DNA of 64,000 bases from the NCBI GenBank assembly GCA_030265395.1, contig JARFYF010000051.1, positions 15,235,223 to 15,299,222 of the forward strand. Reading direction: 5' to 3'. Both the position numbers and the translations under genes were made by a program. This DNA comes from Rhina ancylostomus. Lineage: Eukaryota. The notes under the pieces were generated by a model that was not told where the DNA came from, did not search any database, and worked only from the letters and a program-made list of their open reading frames with translations. Shown here piece by piece: positions 63,801-64,000 of the stretch; position 1 is the stretch's first letter, and each line of letters starts with the position of its first letter.

Positions 63801-64000
63801 TTTATGTGGTTTATCGCCTGTCCCGGGGAAAGCACGCTTTTATTTAATTGGGGATATTATAGACTAGGTTCTGTTCCCAGTCCATCTTAAGCTGGCTGCT
63901 CTTAGATGATGGAAGCTATGATTACTGTGGCTAAAGGTTACAAAATCACTGATAATTTGCAGTCCAGAACATCTATCACAACCCTTGAACAATGTGCCTA

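Larger units (their letters stand above)
55001..64000 (+). other. SND1: SND1 intron downstream of the exon (3' boundary outside the window)
   Basis: Starts GTCAGT; the expected next peptide (recalled as TQLEKLMENMR...) was not found before the window end. Confidence 0.75.

Noticed and set aside
1-64000. Nested LRRC4 gene, known from an SND1 intron in other vertebrates
   Set aside because: No long leucine-rich-repeat ORF on either strand; it is expected in a more upstream intron.

Overview
AT-rich, repeat-dense eukaryotic (vertebrate) genomic DNA with many N gaps. The repeat repertoire (CR1 LINEs, HE1/V-SINE-like and SacSINE1/DeuSINE-like SINEs, Rex1, RTE, L2, fish-type L1, Penelope-like remnants) points to a cartilaginous fish, probably a ray (inference). 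The only recognisable host coding sequence is one 145-nt internal exon of SND1 (Tudor-SN/p100) at 54856-55000 (+). The rest of the window therefore appears to be SND1 intron: at least 54.8 kb upstream and 9 kb downstream, unless an exon is hidden in a gap. Nearly all ORFs in the track are retroelement debris, gap artefacts or noise. The most interesting signal is a dispersed Penelope-type terminal repeat, about 15 copies, carrying a minimal hammerhead-ribozyme-like core (CTGAnGA..stem..GAAA). Several copies are arranged as inverted pairs, including a ~310-bp-arm hairpin at 43611-44320, and a GIY-YIG remnant of a Penelope-like element lies at 27.6-28.0 kb. Also seen: a locally inverted CR1 with duplicated breakpoints, an old 34-bp minisatellite, candidate alternative or poison splice signals for SND1, and CNE-like unique segments. 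Repeat family names come from recalled consensus similarity, not a database search, and repeat boundaries are approximate.
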